DNA from: a virus | Taxonomy: Duplodnaviria > Caudoviricetes | IMG/VR virus record: IMGVR_UViG_3300008255_000343 | Location: 1-30,589 of that record | Length of the DNA stretch: 30,589 nt | Strand: one strand, 5' to 3' | Shown here: one piece after another, positions 7,041-15,391 of the stretch | Position numbering within the stretch: the first letter of the stretch is position 1 | Layout: each line of letters opens with the position of its first letter | The notes under the pieces: model-generated | Told to the model about the DNA's origin: nothing | The model's database searches: none | Seen by the model: the letters and a program-made list of their open reading frames with translations, nothing else | Program-made: the position numbers and the translations under genes

Positions 7041-7775
7041 TCGTACCCCATTAATCTTGACGAACTGCCCGAATCTACGCTTCAACAGGAACTTGATCGC
7101 CGACATCGCTTGAGGACAAACGGCGTGTGCGACTACTGCGGGCGGGCACCCCACGAAATCCCCTGCAAGTTCCCCGACCGCCACCTTGCCACGGGCTCCC
7201 TCGGGTCACCCGAGGACGGCAAGCCCATCGAACGCCACGAGGGAACCGTATCCTTCCAAGCGAAGTGCCCGGACTGTGACGAGCAAGCCGACTTCGTACT
7301 CACCTGTACAACGCTTCTAAGGAACGAGTCCTCCGGGGCGGGGACGACTAACTTTGTCCTGCGGCACCGCGTCGTGGGCAAGTCGCACACCCTGAAATGG
7401 GAATGCCCCCACTGCGGCTCGACGGACAGGCACCGCAGGCATCCCGCCAGTACGGTGAACGATCTCATGGTGCGTGCCCACGCGAACTCCAAGGCCCACG
7501 GTTTTTGGGATGGTCCGCAGAACACTTCCGAGAAGCTGATGCTGATCGTCACCGAACTCGCCGAGGCGTGCGAATGGCTCCGCATGGATACTGGCGACGG
7601 TCCCGCCCCATCCAACCACATCCCCGAGTTCAGCGGCTTCACGGAAGAACTGGCCGACGTGGTGATCCGCGCCATGGACCTCGCGGGGAGCCGTAAGGCG
7701 GACCTCGGCGGTGCGATCCTCGCCAAGATGAAGTACAACGAGAGCCGTCCGATCAAGCACGGGAAGGGGTTTTGA
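7038..7775 (+). CDS. MazG-like nucleotide pyrophosphohydrolase with N-terminal Zn-binding modules
   Basis: C-terminal EKLMLIVTELAEACE...EELADVVIRAMDL...KMKYNESRPIKHGK; N-terminal CDYC...C...H, CPDC, CPHC. Confidence 0.8.
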   Translation: MSYPINLDELPESTLQQELDRRHRLRTNGVCDYCGRAPHEIPCKFPDRHLATGSLGSPEDGKPIERHEGTVSFQAKCPDCDEQADFVLTCTTLLRNESSGAGTTNFVLRHRVVGKSHTLKWECPHCGSTDRHRRHPASTVNDLMVRAHANSKAHGFWDGPQNTSEKLMLIVTELAEACEWLRMDTGDGPAPSNHIPEFSGFTEELADVVIRAMDLAGSRKADLGGAILAKMKYNESRPIKHGKGF

Positions 7776-7778
7776 GCG

Positions 7779-8273
7779 ATGTTCATATCCACCAACATAC
7801 CCTGCCCCACCTGCTTGAGTACCGATTGCTACATTCGAGGAATGCAGGACGGTCACCTGGTCGTCAAGTGCTGCAACAACCACCTGTTCACTTCCAAGGA
7901 TACCCCCATGCCGAAAGACAAGAATACTGTAGACCTGCCTGAAGTGGCCGAGCCGTACTACGTGATGCCGATAGAAAAGAGAGACTGTTCGCCTACTGTG
8001 TATGGCATTGTCTGCTCATCGGGTAAGATAATCGCCCGGTGCGGGATCGAAAGTAACGCAAACCTTGTCTGCCGGTTGTTGAACAAATCAGTCAAGACAC
8101 CCGATCCTGTCAAAGACCAACCCCCGACGCCCCGTACCGTTGCTGTGATCTATTCGGACAAACCGATGTATCAGGCCGCGTTGTCAGACCTCACAGAGAG
8201 CCTCGGTATGCCCGTCATCCAACTGCCGAAAGACGCTTCGATCTCGTTCGAGTACGTGGTCAAAAGCGAGTGA
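7779..8273 (+). CDS. Hypothetical protein with N-terminal Zn ribbon
   Basis: CPTC...CCNNH; operon-like spacing. Confidence 0.65.
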   Translation: MFISTNIPCPTCLSTDCYIRGMQDGHLVVKCCNNHLFTSKDTPMPKDKNTVDLPEVAEPYYVMPIEKRDCSPTVYGIVCSSGKIIARCGIESNANLVCRLLNKSVKTPDPVKDQPPTPRTVAVIYSDKPMYQAALSDLTESLGMPVIQLPKDASISFEYVVKSE

Positions 8274-8383
8274 CCTACGTACTCGCAGCTTTCTGCATGT
8301 GGGTCGTCGTCAGCGGCGGTGTCGTGCTGTCGCGGAAGTACGATGTATCTAAGAAGGAATCTAAGAAGGAATCTGAGAAATGA
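8270..8383 (+). CDS. 37-aa membrane microprotein (absent from the ORF track)
   Basis: GTGA overlap with the upstream stop and ATGA overlap with the downstream start; MTYVLAAFCMWVVVSGGVVLSRKYDVSKKESKKESEK. Confidence 0.65.
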   Translation: MTYVLAAFCMWVVVSGGVVLSRKYDVSKKESKKESEK

Positions 8384-8727
8384 AACTCATCATCGCAGGT
8401 TCCAGGAACATCTTCCCCACAACGATTCAAATCTCTGAAGCGTTCGATCACTACAGCATTCCCGAGCCTTCCGAGATCGTGTCGGGCTCTGCTGCCGGGG
8501 TGGATGCCTTTGGCGAGCAGTGGGCGATGCACTATGGCATTGACCTTGTGATGTTCCCCGCGAACTGGAAGCGGCACGGCAAGGCCGCTGGTCCGATACG
8601 CAACGCGAAGATGGCCGACTACGCCGACGCCCTGTTGCTGATCTGGAACGGACATTCGCCCGGATCAAGGAACATGAAACAACAGATGATCGACCGAGGC
8701 AAGCCGGTCTACGAGATCATCTTGTAA
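8380..8727 (+). CDS. SLOG-superfamily YspA/DUF2493-like nucleotide-binding protein
   Basis: MKLIIAGSR, IVSGSAAGVD, GKAAGPIRNAKMA, WNGHSPGS. Confidence 0.85.
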   Translation: MKLIIAGSRNIFPTTIQISEAFDHYSIPEPSEIVSGSAAGVDAFGEQWAMHYGIDLVMFPANWKRHGKAAGPIRNAKMADYADALLLIWNGHSPGSRNMKQQMIDRGKPVYEIIL

Positions 8728-8738
8728 TTCAGAACTCT

Positions 8739-8800
8739 AAGGCTTGACATGTCCTAGAAATCTTCCTATACTCTCCATAGAAAGTGAGGATAGGGTCATG
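8739..8800 (+). promoter_or_regulatory. Promoter/RBS cassette, copy 2
   Basis: TTGACA (8744-8749), 17 nt, TATACT (8767-8772), then GAGGA RBS and ATG 8798. Confidence 0.85.
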
Positions 8801-9007
8801 CGATACGAGATATCCGAAGATGTTAATCATGGCTGTTGTTACGCCTACTCTGTCGTGGATACTGATGATGTTCGACTCTACGACAACAAGCCGAACATGG
8901 TGTGTGAGGTGGGGACATTAGAGGAAGCGGCAATGATAGCAGACGCCTTGAATCTTTCCGACGAGATGAAAAAGCGTGAAGCTATTGCACAGAAATTAAA
9001 ACTCTAA
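8798..9007 (+). CDS. Small hypothetical protein (MRYEISEDVNHGCC...)
   Basis: Start moved to ATG 8798 because the track's TTG 8744 is the -35 box; good RBS. Confidence 0.7.
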   Translation: MRYEISEDVNHGCCYAYSVVDTDDVRLYDNKPNMVCEVGTLEEAAMIADALNLSDEMKKREAIAQKLKL

Positions 9008-9523
9008 GGTCTCTTTGACGTTCAAGTCCTTGCCCATGAACCGCACGACGTGCTCGCCAAACCGCTTGGCCGCGAGTGCCCCCGCCTTCTGAGGGTATCC
9101 GAACATACCACCCCCCGGCTCGTTGCTGAAGAACGGTTGGGGGTCTTGTTTCTTGACCTTCTGAGCGATGATGAGCAGATTCTTTTTACGGGCCTTTTTG
9201 AACTCGTCTTTGGTCAGACGCCGCGGTCGGCCCTTCGTCGGTGACTTGCCCTGGAACAGGCGGGGGTCTTTCCGGGGGTTCTTGTACCAGATCAACGGAC
9301 GTTTCTTGCCTCGTTGGTCGATCGCTCCACGTCCGTCGTGAACCAGCCTCGCCCATTCCTCATCCGTGTGCAGGCGACCGACGCCGAGCCCGAGTATCTG
9401 CCGCTTGATCGAACGCCTGAGATGGCCGAGGCGGACGGGGATGTGTGGGCGTACCGTGTCCTCGGCGAGCTTCAGCATCTCCGAGGTCAGCCGCTTCAGG
9501 AAGGCGTCGTGAGATACGGCCAT
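8996..9523 (-). CDS. HK97 gp10-like virion morphogenesis/neck protein
   Basis: Basic; IPVRLGHLRRSI, WARLVHDG and QPFF pattern; downstream of the portal. Confidence 0.55.
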   Translation of the reverse strand: MAVSHDAFLKRLTSEMLKLAEDTVRPHIPVRLGHLRRSIKRQILGLGVGRLHTDEEWARLVHDGRGAIDQRGKKRPLIWYKNPRKDPRLFQGKSPTKGRPRRLTKDEFKKARKKNLLIIAQKVKKQDPQPFFSNEPGGGMFGYPQKAGALAAKRFGEHVVRFMGKDLNVKETLEF

Positions 9524-9756
9524 CAGTCCTCAACGGGCGAGAGGTCGATGTAGAACAGGTCGCCGTACTTGAGGGCGTCGATCTTCGGGAACGCATCGGT
9601 ATTCGTGACCCACATCTGAAACGATCCCGAGGGCGTCCACCTTGACCAATCCACGTTGTCGCCGTCCTTGTCCACGCACGCCGACATGCGGACATCACGA
9701 GCTTCGCCGTCGTTCTCAACCGTCACCGAATCCACTCTGTACTTGCATCGAAACAT
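9523..9756 (-). CDS. Phage hypothetical protein (MFRCKYRV...WTPSG...YIDL)
   Basis: AAGGAGA RBS upstream of ATG 9756; TGATG coupling to the next gene. Confidence 0.75.
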   Translation of the reverse strand: MFRCKYRVDSVTVENDGEARDVRMSACVDKDGDNVDWSRWTPSGSFQMWVTNTDAFPKIDALKYGDLFYIDLSPVED

Positions 9757-9796
9757 AGGTAGTCTCCTTGTAGTGTTATGCGTTGTCACGTTACAA

Positions 9797-11179
9797 TCAG
9801 TCCTTGAGCCCCTCGCTCACGTCACGGCCCTGAGCCTGAGCCTGAGTCACGGGCGTCCGCATCCCACCTACCGTGGTCATCATGTCCAGGTTCATCTCTT
9901 CGAGGATGGTCCGCTGCTTGAAGTTCTTCTGAGTCAGCCCGAGCCCGCCGTTGATCGTCGGGTTACCGAGCGTCGCGCCGAGGGTCTGCTGGAACGTCCG
10001 CTGTGCCGGGCCGACCTTGAGCAACTGGAACGCCATCAGAGCGTTCGGCAGTTCGTTTGTGGCGCCGAGCTTGCCGGGAATCTGAATACCCGCGAGAAGC
10101 GGCGGTACACCGTGGGCTGTGACGACGGACAGAGCCAGCCCGTCGAGTTCCTTGCTTTGTTCCTCGGTCTTGGAATCCATCGCCAGCTTCTCAAGCTGCA
10201 CGGTGATGTTCTCGTTACCGAGGTTCAGGGCGAGGGACTTGTGGGAGTTGCCGAGGCCGATGTTGGCTTTCATCGCGTTCTCGACCTTCTCCCAATCCTC
10301 TTTCGTGAGCTTCTGGCCCGTGATGAACAGCATGAACTCCGGCACGCCTCGGTTCAGGAAGAAGTCGTAGCGGTGCTGTCGGAAGCACGCCACCAGTTCG
10401 ATCGCGACCACGGCGGCGGTCCACTCGGGATACCCATACCACCGCGACAGCGACGACGACTGGCGAATCTGGATCGCCTCGCTCACGTCGTCGGCGTTGA
10501 CGGTCGTGAAACCGTGCCCGCCCGCCTTCCACCGTTCTATGAACCCTTCCTTGTCGCCGAACACAGCGAAGGCCCGCTCGCCGCCGTCATCGTCCGAGCC
10601 TCGGACGACGTAGTGGCGGTTGTAGGACTTGTCTTCGATATAGACGTGGGTGTTCGCGGCGGGCAGGTGGTGGATGCCCGTGATCTGCTCACCGTCCCCC
10701 CGACGCACCGCCTCGATGTACCCCTCCCCAACTTGGAAGTAATCTTCTCCCACGTCGTTCATCACGTCCTGTGCCGTGATGCTGGTGAGTGGGTTAAGAA
10801 CCTTGTCTACCTTGCTCTCTTGTTCTTCGACCTTTTCGGTTCCATCGGGGTTCTTAGTTGTCTTGCGGCTGTCCGCCCATCCCAACCCCACCGTGCAGGC
10901 GGTCTTGGCCTTGATGCACGCCGCGTGGTGCTCGTTGATCGTCTGGAAAGACGTGACGGTCTGCCGGTCGAACGGGTGCGGAACCTCGCCGATGTACACG
11001 CCCTGACTGCTGGCTTTGACCGACGGTTTCGCGACACGATCCGCGGCCTTCATGATCGTCACGAGGGACTCATTAACCATCAACCCATCCCCGTACAAAG
11101 GCCTGGAAAGTCGATGGATTTCGAGCACTCGATCCACTTGCTCCACGACGGATTTAGGCGGCGATATAAGTTCTGGCAT
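9797..11179 (-). CDS. Portal protein, PBSX/P2-like family
   Basis: HAACIKAK, GEGYIEAVR, WYGYPEW, FFLNRGVPEFML, AHGVPPLLAGI; GAGGG RBS before ATG 11179. Confidence 0.9.
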   Translation of the reverse strand: MPELISPPKSVVEQVDRVLEIHRLSRPLYGDGLMVNESLVTIMKAADRVAKPSVKASSQGVYIGEVPHPFDRQTVTSFQTINEHHAACIKAKTACTVGLGWADSRKTTKNPDGTEKVEEQESKVDKVLNPLTSITAQDVMNDVGEDYFQVGEGYIEAVRRGDGEQITGIHHLPAANTHVYIEDKSYNRHYVVRGSDDDGGERAFAVFGDKEGFIERWKAGGHGFTTVNADDVSEAIQIRQSSSLSRWYGYPEWTAAVVAIELVACFRQHRYDFFLNRGVPEFMLFITGQKLTKEDWEKVENAMKANIGLGNSHKSLALNLGNENITVQLEKLAMDSKTEEQSKELDGLALSVVTAHGVPPLLAGIQIPGKLGATNELPNALMAFQLLKVGPAQRTFQQTLGATLGNPTINGGLGLTQKNFKQRTILEEMNLDMMTTVGGMRTPVTQAQAQGRDVSEGLKD

Positions 11180-11220
11180 GTCAATCCCTCGTGATAGATT
11201 TAGCATGTTCTGTTTTATGC

Positions 11221-11249
11221 TTGCGTTCGGTATATGGGCAGTATATAGT
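11221..11249 (+). promoter_or_regulatory. Candidate promoter for the head-tail operon in the divergent intergenic region
   Basis: TTGCGT, 17 nt, TATAGT in the AT-rich 11180-11291 gap. Confidence 0.55.
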
Positions 11250-11291
11250 GCTGACGGTGTAAAGGGAATACCGATCTGCCAAGGATGGTCC

Positions 11292-12422
11292 ATGCGGCGA
11301 AGAATCAAACAGGCGAAGATCAAGTTCATCTCGCTCGTCCCTCGCGGGGCGAACCAGATTCCCGTGATCTTCAAGTCCGATGATTCCTTCGATCTCCAAA
11401 TGCTCACTAAGGCCCCCTTGTCCTTCGCGGAACGCGGCGAACTTCTCGCCGTGGTCTACGCCCCCGAGATTCGCGACAGCCAGGGCGACATCGCCGACGC
11501 GAGCGTGATCCGCGACATGATGCACGATTTCGCCAAGAGCGGCGAGGGCATCGACATCACCCATGACGGCAAGGCGGTCGCCAAGGCCGAAGCCTTCGTT
11601 GCAGAGTCGTTTGAAATCCAGAAGGGCGACGAACGGTTCGCCGACATGAAGGATTACAACGGCAAGCCCATCGACGTGACGGGCGGCTGGGGCGTGGTGA
11701 TCAAGATCACAAAAGAAGAACTCAAAGACAAGTACCGCAAGGGCGAATGGAACGGCGTGTCGATGAGCGGAACGGCGGTTGTGGAAGCCGAGAAATCCGA
11801 CCTCGATCCTGCCGGTTTCATCAAAGCCCTCGCGGACCATCTCAAGCAAACCACCGACTCAGGAGACCTGAAGATGACGAACGAAGAACTCAAGAAAATG
11901 CTCGAAGAGAACAACAAGACCCTGCTCTCCGAGATGGACAAGAAGATCGAGACCGTGACCGGCAAGGGTGCCGATCCCGCCCCGAAGCCCGCCGACAAGG
12001 GTGGCGACGCGACGGACGACAAGGCCCCCGTGTTCAAGGGCGAGCCCACCGTCGAGAACCTCCGCAAGCACCGCCTCGCGGTCCGTCGCTTCAACGTCCT
12101 GAAGGACATCGACTGGTCGAACGACGAGTCCGTTCTGAAGGCCGAAACCGATCTCGCCGAGATCGAGAAGGAACTGAAGGGCAAGCCCGCCGACGCCTCC
12201 GAGATCGAGAAGGCCGCTGGTATCGAGTCCGGTGACTCCGATGAGGTCAAGGCCCTGAAGATCGAAAAGGCCCGCGTCGAAGCCAAGCTCGCCTCGACGC
12301 TCAAGAAGTCCAACCAGCCCGGCAACGAAGGCAACAACCACCTCGGCGATGGCGACGAGGACGGCTCGTTCGACATCGGCAAGAAGATGGGCACGTTCAT
12401 CAACAAGAGCCGGGGCTACTAA
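11292..12422 (+). CDS. XkdF-like prohead serine protease with C-terminal scaffold region
   Basis: ISLVPRGAN, VVYAPEIRDSQGD, IDITHD, VAESF, GEWNGVSMSG; charged helical C-terminus; AAGGA RBS before ATG 11292. Confidence 0.85.
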   Translation: MRRRIKQAKIKFISLVPRGANQIPVIFKSDDSFDLQMLTKAPLSFAERGELLAVVYAPEIRDSQGDIADASVIRDMMHDFAKSGEGIDITHDGKAVAKAEAFVAESFEIQKGDERFADMKDYNGKPIDVTGGWGVVIKITKEELKDKYRKGEWNGVSMSGTAVVEAEKSDLDPAGFIKALADHLKQTTDSGDLKMTNEELKKMLEENNKTLLSEMDKKIETVTGKGADPAPKPADKGGDATDDKAPVFKGEPTVENLRKHRLAVRRFNVLKDIDWSNDESVLKAETDLAEIEKELKGKPADASEIEKAAGIESGDSDEVKALKIEKARVEAKLASTLKKSNQPGNEGNNHLGDGDEDGSFDIGKKMGTFINKSRGY

Positions 12423-12485
12423 ACCCCGCAGCAGCCCTGATCCGTTTGCAACCACCTGACAACCACTCCAACAGGAGATACCGCC

Positions 12486-13565
12486 ATGCTCACCGCTCTC
12501 ACTTTCATCGTCGCCGCGATCGCCCTCTCCGGGCTGTTCGCCCTCAACCCCCGTGAACTGTTCGCGTCCGCCGACGGCATCGGCTCGTCCAAGAGGGTGT
12601 TCCCGTCCTCGATTCGGCCCGTGAAGTTCGCGGCTGGCTCGGGCACGTTGGCCCCTGTAACACCGGTGTCCTTTAACACCAACACGAATACGTATCAGGT
12701 GTGGGGCGACATCGTGGCGACATCCGTGTACCGACTCACCGCGGCTTCGACCACGGCGACGGACGGTACGTTCACCATCACCGTCGATGACGAAACGACC
12801 GGCGCGTTGAACCACGATGACGCCGCTGCGACCATCCAGACCGCCCTCGAAGCCCTCACCAGCATTGCGTCCGGTGAGGTCTATTGCTTCGACACCGATG
12901 GCGGACTGGCGAGCAACAACGGCTATACCACGATCGTCTTCGTGAACCGCACACCCGACGTGTCCGTGACCCTCTCGCTGACCGGCAACGATCACACGCT
13001 GTCCACGATCTCCACCGCTGTCGGTGAGATTGCCGTGGCTACAGCCGCTTCGACCACGGCGACCGATGGTACGTTCACCATCACGGTCAACAACGAGACC
13101 ACGGCGGCTCTCGACCACGACACAACGCCCGCCGCGGCCCTCGCCGCCCTCGAAGCCCTCGGTGGCATCTCCCCCGGTGATGTGATCGTGTTCGACACGC
13201 TCGCGGCCGGCCTGGGCACGAACAGCGGCAAGCTCATCATCCTGTTCACCGGCAACCTGACTTACACGAACCCGACCGTCACGATGGCGTTCGGTTCACT
13301 GATCGGCAACGCCCACGTCGCCAGTACGCTCGTCGCGGGTGCGGACGACTACGGCAGCAAGGCCATCGACGGCTTCGTGTGGCCAGACTCGATCGTCCTC
13401 GACAGCGACGAAGAGGTTCTCGGCAACGTGATGCTGGCCGGGGACGTTCACTACGGCGACATCGTTCTGCCCTCCGGCGAGGCTACGGAAAGCCTCAAGG
13501 CGGCTCTGCGTAGCGGCCCGCGTCAGAAGGGTCTCAACATCAAGGGTCTGTCCCAGGTCCACTAA
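12486..13565 (+). CDS. Head decoration protein with a hydrophobic leader and two inserted repeat domains
   Basis: Sits between scaffold and gpE-type capsid gene, the lambda gpD position; internal ~101-aa duplication. Confidence 0.7.
   Translation: MLTALTFIVAAIALSGLFALNPRELFASADGIGSSKRVFPSSIRPVKFAAGSGTLAPVTPVSFNTNTNTYQVWGDIVATSVYRLTAASTTATDGTFTITVDDETTGALNHDDAAATIQTALEALTSIASGEVYCFDTDGGLASNNGYTTIVFVNRTPDVSVTLSLTGNDHTLSTISTAVGEIAVATAASTTATDGTFTITVNNETTAALDHDTTPAAALAALEALGGISPGDVIVFDTLAAGLGTNSGKLIILFTGNLTYTNPTVTMAFGSLIGNAHVASTLVAGADDYGSKAIDGFVWPDSIVLDSDEEVLGNVMLAGDVHYGDIVLPSGEATESLKAALRSGPRQKGLNIKGLSQVH
12744..13088 (+). repeat. Intragenic direct repeat, 42-nt cores 303 nt apart
   Basis: 12744-12785 vs 13047-13088, both encoding ASTTATDGTFTITV. 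Confidence 0.9.
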
Positions 13566-13625
13566 ACCACCAACGCCGCCGCTTGATGTCACTGTCAAGG
13601 AAGGCATTCAACAGGAGATACGCAG

Positions 13626-14687
13626 ATGGCCGCCATCACCGAACTCAAGTGGAAGTCCCTCACGGGCACCGTCAACGAGATCAAGTCGCCGAACCAGTTC
13701 CTTCACCGCCTGCTGTACGGGCGAAACCCCCGCACGCTGGCGACCGAGGACATCGAGTTCTCGACGCTGCACAAGGGCCGCGAGATCGCCCCGTTCGTTC
13801 GCAAGAACGGCGAGGGTCTGATGGTCGAAGGCCACACGTCCACGAACCGGACGGTCGAGGCCCCGAACATCCGCATCAAGAAGCCGTTCACGCCGAGCGA
13901 ACTGCTGTTCGGTCGGCAGCCCGGCACCATCATCTACACCAACGCCGCCGAGCAGATGTCCGCCGTGCAGGAGCACATCGCCCGCGACATGCAGGTGATG
14001 GCGGACCTCATCACGAACGCTCAGGAGTGGCTCGCCGCCCTGTCGATCCGTGGTACGATCACCTACCTCGTGGAAGATGAAGAGGTCTTCGAGATCACCT
14101 TCCCCAAACCCTCGACCAACAACGTCACCCTCACGACGTTTTGGGATGACGCCACCCCCGCCGACGTGAAGATCAGCAACGACTTCCACACGGCCAAGAC
14201 CCTGATCTCCGATGAGGTCGGCTTGCAGGTCACGGACTGCGTGATGGGCACCGAGGCCGCGACCTCGTTCCGCAACCTGGTCGCGGGCGGTCACGTCAAG
14301 ACCCTCGACCTGCGTTCGGTCCAGAGCGGCCTCGTGACCTTCGTGGAGCAGTTCCGCGAGGACGGGGCGATCTTCCTTGGCTCGTTCGACGGCATCCGCT
14401 GCTGGGAGTACGGTCGCTCGGCCAGCCTCAACGGTACGGCCACCAGCATGATCCGCTCCAAGTATGCCGAGTTCGTCGCCGCGACGCCCGCCGCGGAGTT
14501 CGTGGAATACTTCGGCGCCATCGCCGACTTCAAGGCGATGCAGGGCCGTCGATTCCAGGCTCAGCGTTTCAGCAAGTCGTGGGAACGGGAAGACCCGTCC
14601 GCGATGATGGCCCTCGTCCACTCCCGCCCGCTGACGGTCCCCCGTCGTCCGGGTGCGACGGTCTCGATGAAGGTCGTCAGCGGCTAA
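13626..14687 (+). CDS. Major capsid protein, lambda gpE-like family
   Basis: 353 aa; IAPFV, QEWLAALSIRGTI, KSWEREDPS...HSRPL; very strong codon bias; followed by a terminator. Confidence 0.9.
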   Translation: MAAITELKWKSLTGTVNEIKSPNQFLHRLLYGRNPRTLATEDIEFSTLHKGREIAPFVRKNGEGLMVEGHTSTNRTVEAPNIRIKKPFTPSELLFGRQPGTIIYTNAAEQMSAVQEHIARDMQVMADLITNAQEWLAALSIRGTITYLVEDEEVFEITFPKPSTNNVTLTTFWDDATPADVKISNDFHTAKTLISDEVGLQVTDCVMGTEAATSFRNLVAGGHVKTLDLRSVQSGLVTFVEQFREDGAIFLGSFDGIRCWEYGRSASLNGTATSMIRSKYAEFVAATPAAEFVEYFGAIADFKAMQGRRFQAQRFSKSWEREDPSAMMALVHSRPLTVPRRPGATVSMKVVSG

Positions 14688-14711
14688 ACCGCTACGCTCA
14701 CAAGAACCTCT

Positions 14712-14744
14712 CGTGTCGTGGCTTGACCGCCGCGACACGTTTTT
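14712..14744 (+). terminator. Rho-independent terminator after the capsid gene
   Basis: CGTGTCGTGGC-TTGACC-GCCGCGACACG-TTTTT. Confidence 0.85.
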
Positions 14745-14786
14745 CGGAAATCACAAGAACCCTCCTGACGGAAAGGGACGACTATC

Positions 14787-15347
14787 ATGGCTGAGGCTCA
14801 GAAGTTTATCGTTGCTCGCGGGTGCATGATTATGGCACCGGACGGCTCCGCGCGTATCGTGGCCGGCTCTATCGTGCAAGCCAATCAACCGATCTTTCAC
14901 CCCGTTGAGCGTCGCGTGGTGTGGCAGCACGGGTTGACAGCGAAGCAGGTCGAGAACCACGTTCAAAGCGGCTTCCTCAAGCGGTACATGGGTGCGGACG
15001 AAGCTCAGATCATCACGCCTGAACAACTCACCGATCGTGTACCCGGCGTCGAGGTTCCCCAAGCCCTGAAGGGCAAGGGCAGGGGCGAGGAAGAAGCCAT
15101 CGACCACCGTGAGGCTCTGACCACCAAAGCGGGTCTCCGTGAGGATGAGCGGGTCATGCAGGCCCCCGTCAGCGGTCCGCGTGTCGCCCCGCCGAGCCCG
15201 TACACGTACAACCCCGAGGAACTCCACGAACGCGACCTTGACAGCCTGAACCTGCTGTCGCAGGAACTCGGCATCCTCGAACCGTTCACGACCAAAGAAG
15301 AGGCCGTCGCGGTGCTGTCGAAAGACTACGCCCCGGCACAGGACTGA
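14787..15347 (+). CDS. Hypothetical head-region protein, possible short helical C-terminal domain
   Basis: AAGGGA RBS; position immediately after the capsid gene. Confidence 0.7.
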   Translation: MAEAQKFIVARGCMIMAPDGSARIVAGSIVQANQPIFHPVERRVVWQHGLTAKQVENHVQSGFLKRYMGADEAQIITPEQLTDRVPGVEVPQALKGKGRGEEEAIDHREALTTKAGLREDERVMQAPVSGPRVAPPSPYTYNPEELHERDLDSLNLLSQELGILEPFTTKEEAVAVLSKDYAPAQD

Positions 15348-15391
15348 AGGATCGCCTAACGGATCAAGGATGATCCCCGGAGTTAAACGAG

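Noticed and set aside
8744-8797. N-terminal extension of the 8744-9007 ORF
   Set aside because: It coincides with the promoter cassette; ATG 8798 has the RBS.
9656-11194. 512-aa + strand ORF opposite the portal gene
   Set aside because: Antisense shadow of a strongly codon-biased GC-rich gene; no motifs or RBS.
11016-11407. Apparent head-to-head overlap of portal and protease ORFs in the track
   Set aside because: RBS-supported starts are 11179 (-) and 11292 (+), leaving an AT-rich intergenic gap.
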